Assembly: GCA_964247055.1 (NCBI GenBank)
Contig: OZ176057.1
Coordinates: forward strand, 682,001 to 746,000
DNA: 64,000 nucleotides
Direction: 5' to 3'
Source of the DNA: Paragordius varius
Lineage: Eukaryota; Animalia; Nematomorpha
A program made the translations under genes and the position numbers. Below, piece after piece: positions 62,990 to 64,000 of this stretch. Numbering within the stretch: the stretch's first letter is position 1; every line of letters starts with the position of its first letter. The notes beneath the pieces are model-generated. The model worked only from the letters and a program-made list of their open reading frames with translations, was not told where the DNA came from and did no database searches.

Positions 62990-64000
62990 GTATCCGCATC
63001 AATACCTGAATATTTCTATTTATTTTTACTAAAATTAGTTTTTTATTATAATCTATATATTTATAAAAATGGAAAGTGGTGGCTTTGTGATCTGTTTCCG
63101 GAAAACCGGTAGACCCTTTCAAATCCAAATGTCGAAAAAATATAATCATTAATGAATGCCCCGACAATAGCTTCGCCCTTTTTTTAATTAGGCCCCCAGT
63201 TCGGGTCCACCCCGTGTAAAAAACGGTTTTTTTTGAAAATACAAGTGCACAAAAATCGTGTCTTTAAGACAATTTTCTGGGAAACGTGTTGGACCTATCG
63301 ATATCAAATATGATTTTTTTTAACTTATTTTTGATTGCGCCGAACATGGTTGGGTCACTTTTTCAATTTAGGCCCTACCGCTCCGTAAAATGGCACTTTT
63401 TTAAAAAAAATATCCACAAAAATAATTTTTTGAATCTATTTTTTGCCCAAAATATGACACCGTAAAAATTCAATCAAGATTCCAGGTTTTCCCGGTTAAA
63501 AGGCAAAAATTTTAGTCAAGCGTTTCTATAATGATAGCTGTTGGGTAAGGAGATACCCGCTAAAAACTGACTCGTGTTATCGAAATAGCGTGCCTTTGGG
63601 GCCAAATCTCAGAAAACCTATCAGGCCATAAGAGTTCAATCCGTGATTTAAATATTACCCGTAAAAAGTCAAAAATTTATGTCGTAGGATTTTTATAGCG
63701 GTTAAATAGGCCCTTTACGCCCTAAAAAATGCGCCACCATAGAATAATTTTTTTGAGGCCATTCCGAAAACTAATGAGAGCATATGGAATCAATAATGAT
63801 TCCAGGTATTCTCCGTAAAAAGGCAAATTAATCAAGCGCTTTTTTGTATCAGCCTTTGGGTATGGAGCTACCCGCCTAAAACTGTGCCACCATATCGAAA
63901 TTGCGTTGTTTAGGAATTATTTTTCAGAAAACTTATCAGGCCATATAACTTTAATAAGGGCCTGAAATATTACTTGTAAAAAGGGAAAAAGTTAAGTTGT
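62990..64000 (-). repeat. Unclassified interspersed repeat family 7 (runs off the window)
   Basis: Matches 17800-18690; two ~290-bp subrepeats at ~63470 and ~63790. Confidence 0.7.

Overview
Very AT-rich eukaryotic (animal-like) genomic DNA with spliceosomal GT-AG introns. The taxon cannot be assigned from the sequence alone. I could reconstruct four host genes by hand, all on +. (1) A 5-exon SOUL/heme-binding-domain protein with a signal-peptide-like start and a long D/N/W-rich extension (2523-5635, 520 aa). (2) A 10-exon SGTA TPR co-chaperone (37572-44214, 386 aa). (3) A 6-exon METTL24/Methyltransf_22-like type II membrane methyltransferase (47117-52539, 411 aa). (4) The first visible coding exon of a class A GPCR (60704-61086), whose remaining exons are not visible. 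The interval of about 15-36.8 kb is a mosaic of tandem and inverted segmental duplications. Its unit carries one ancestral hAT transposon end, an unidentified 3-exon gene (at least 6 copies, all with lesions, exon 1 ending in an [F/Y]LRFGK RFamide-like motif) and, in two copies, an intronless decayed SPCA/ATP2C1 Ca2+/Mn2+-ATPase fragment. RTE and Gypsy remnants are inserted in it. The remainder is dense in MITEs (TA- and TTAA-flanked families). Notable splicing features are two 31-nt introns, very weak 5' splice sites, and a duplicated, frame-compatible 20-nt micro-exon between two inverted MITEs in SGTA. I could support no rRNA, tRNA or CRISPR. Repeat boundaries are by-eye estimates, and all family assignments come from motif recognition rather than database searches.
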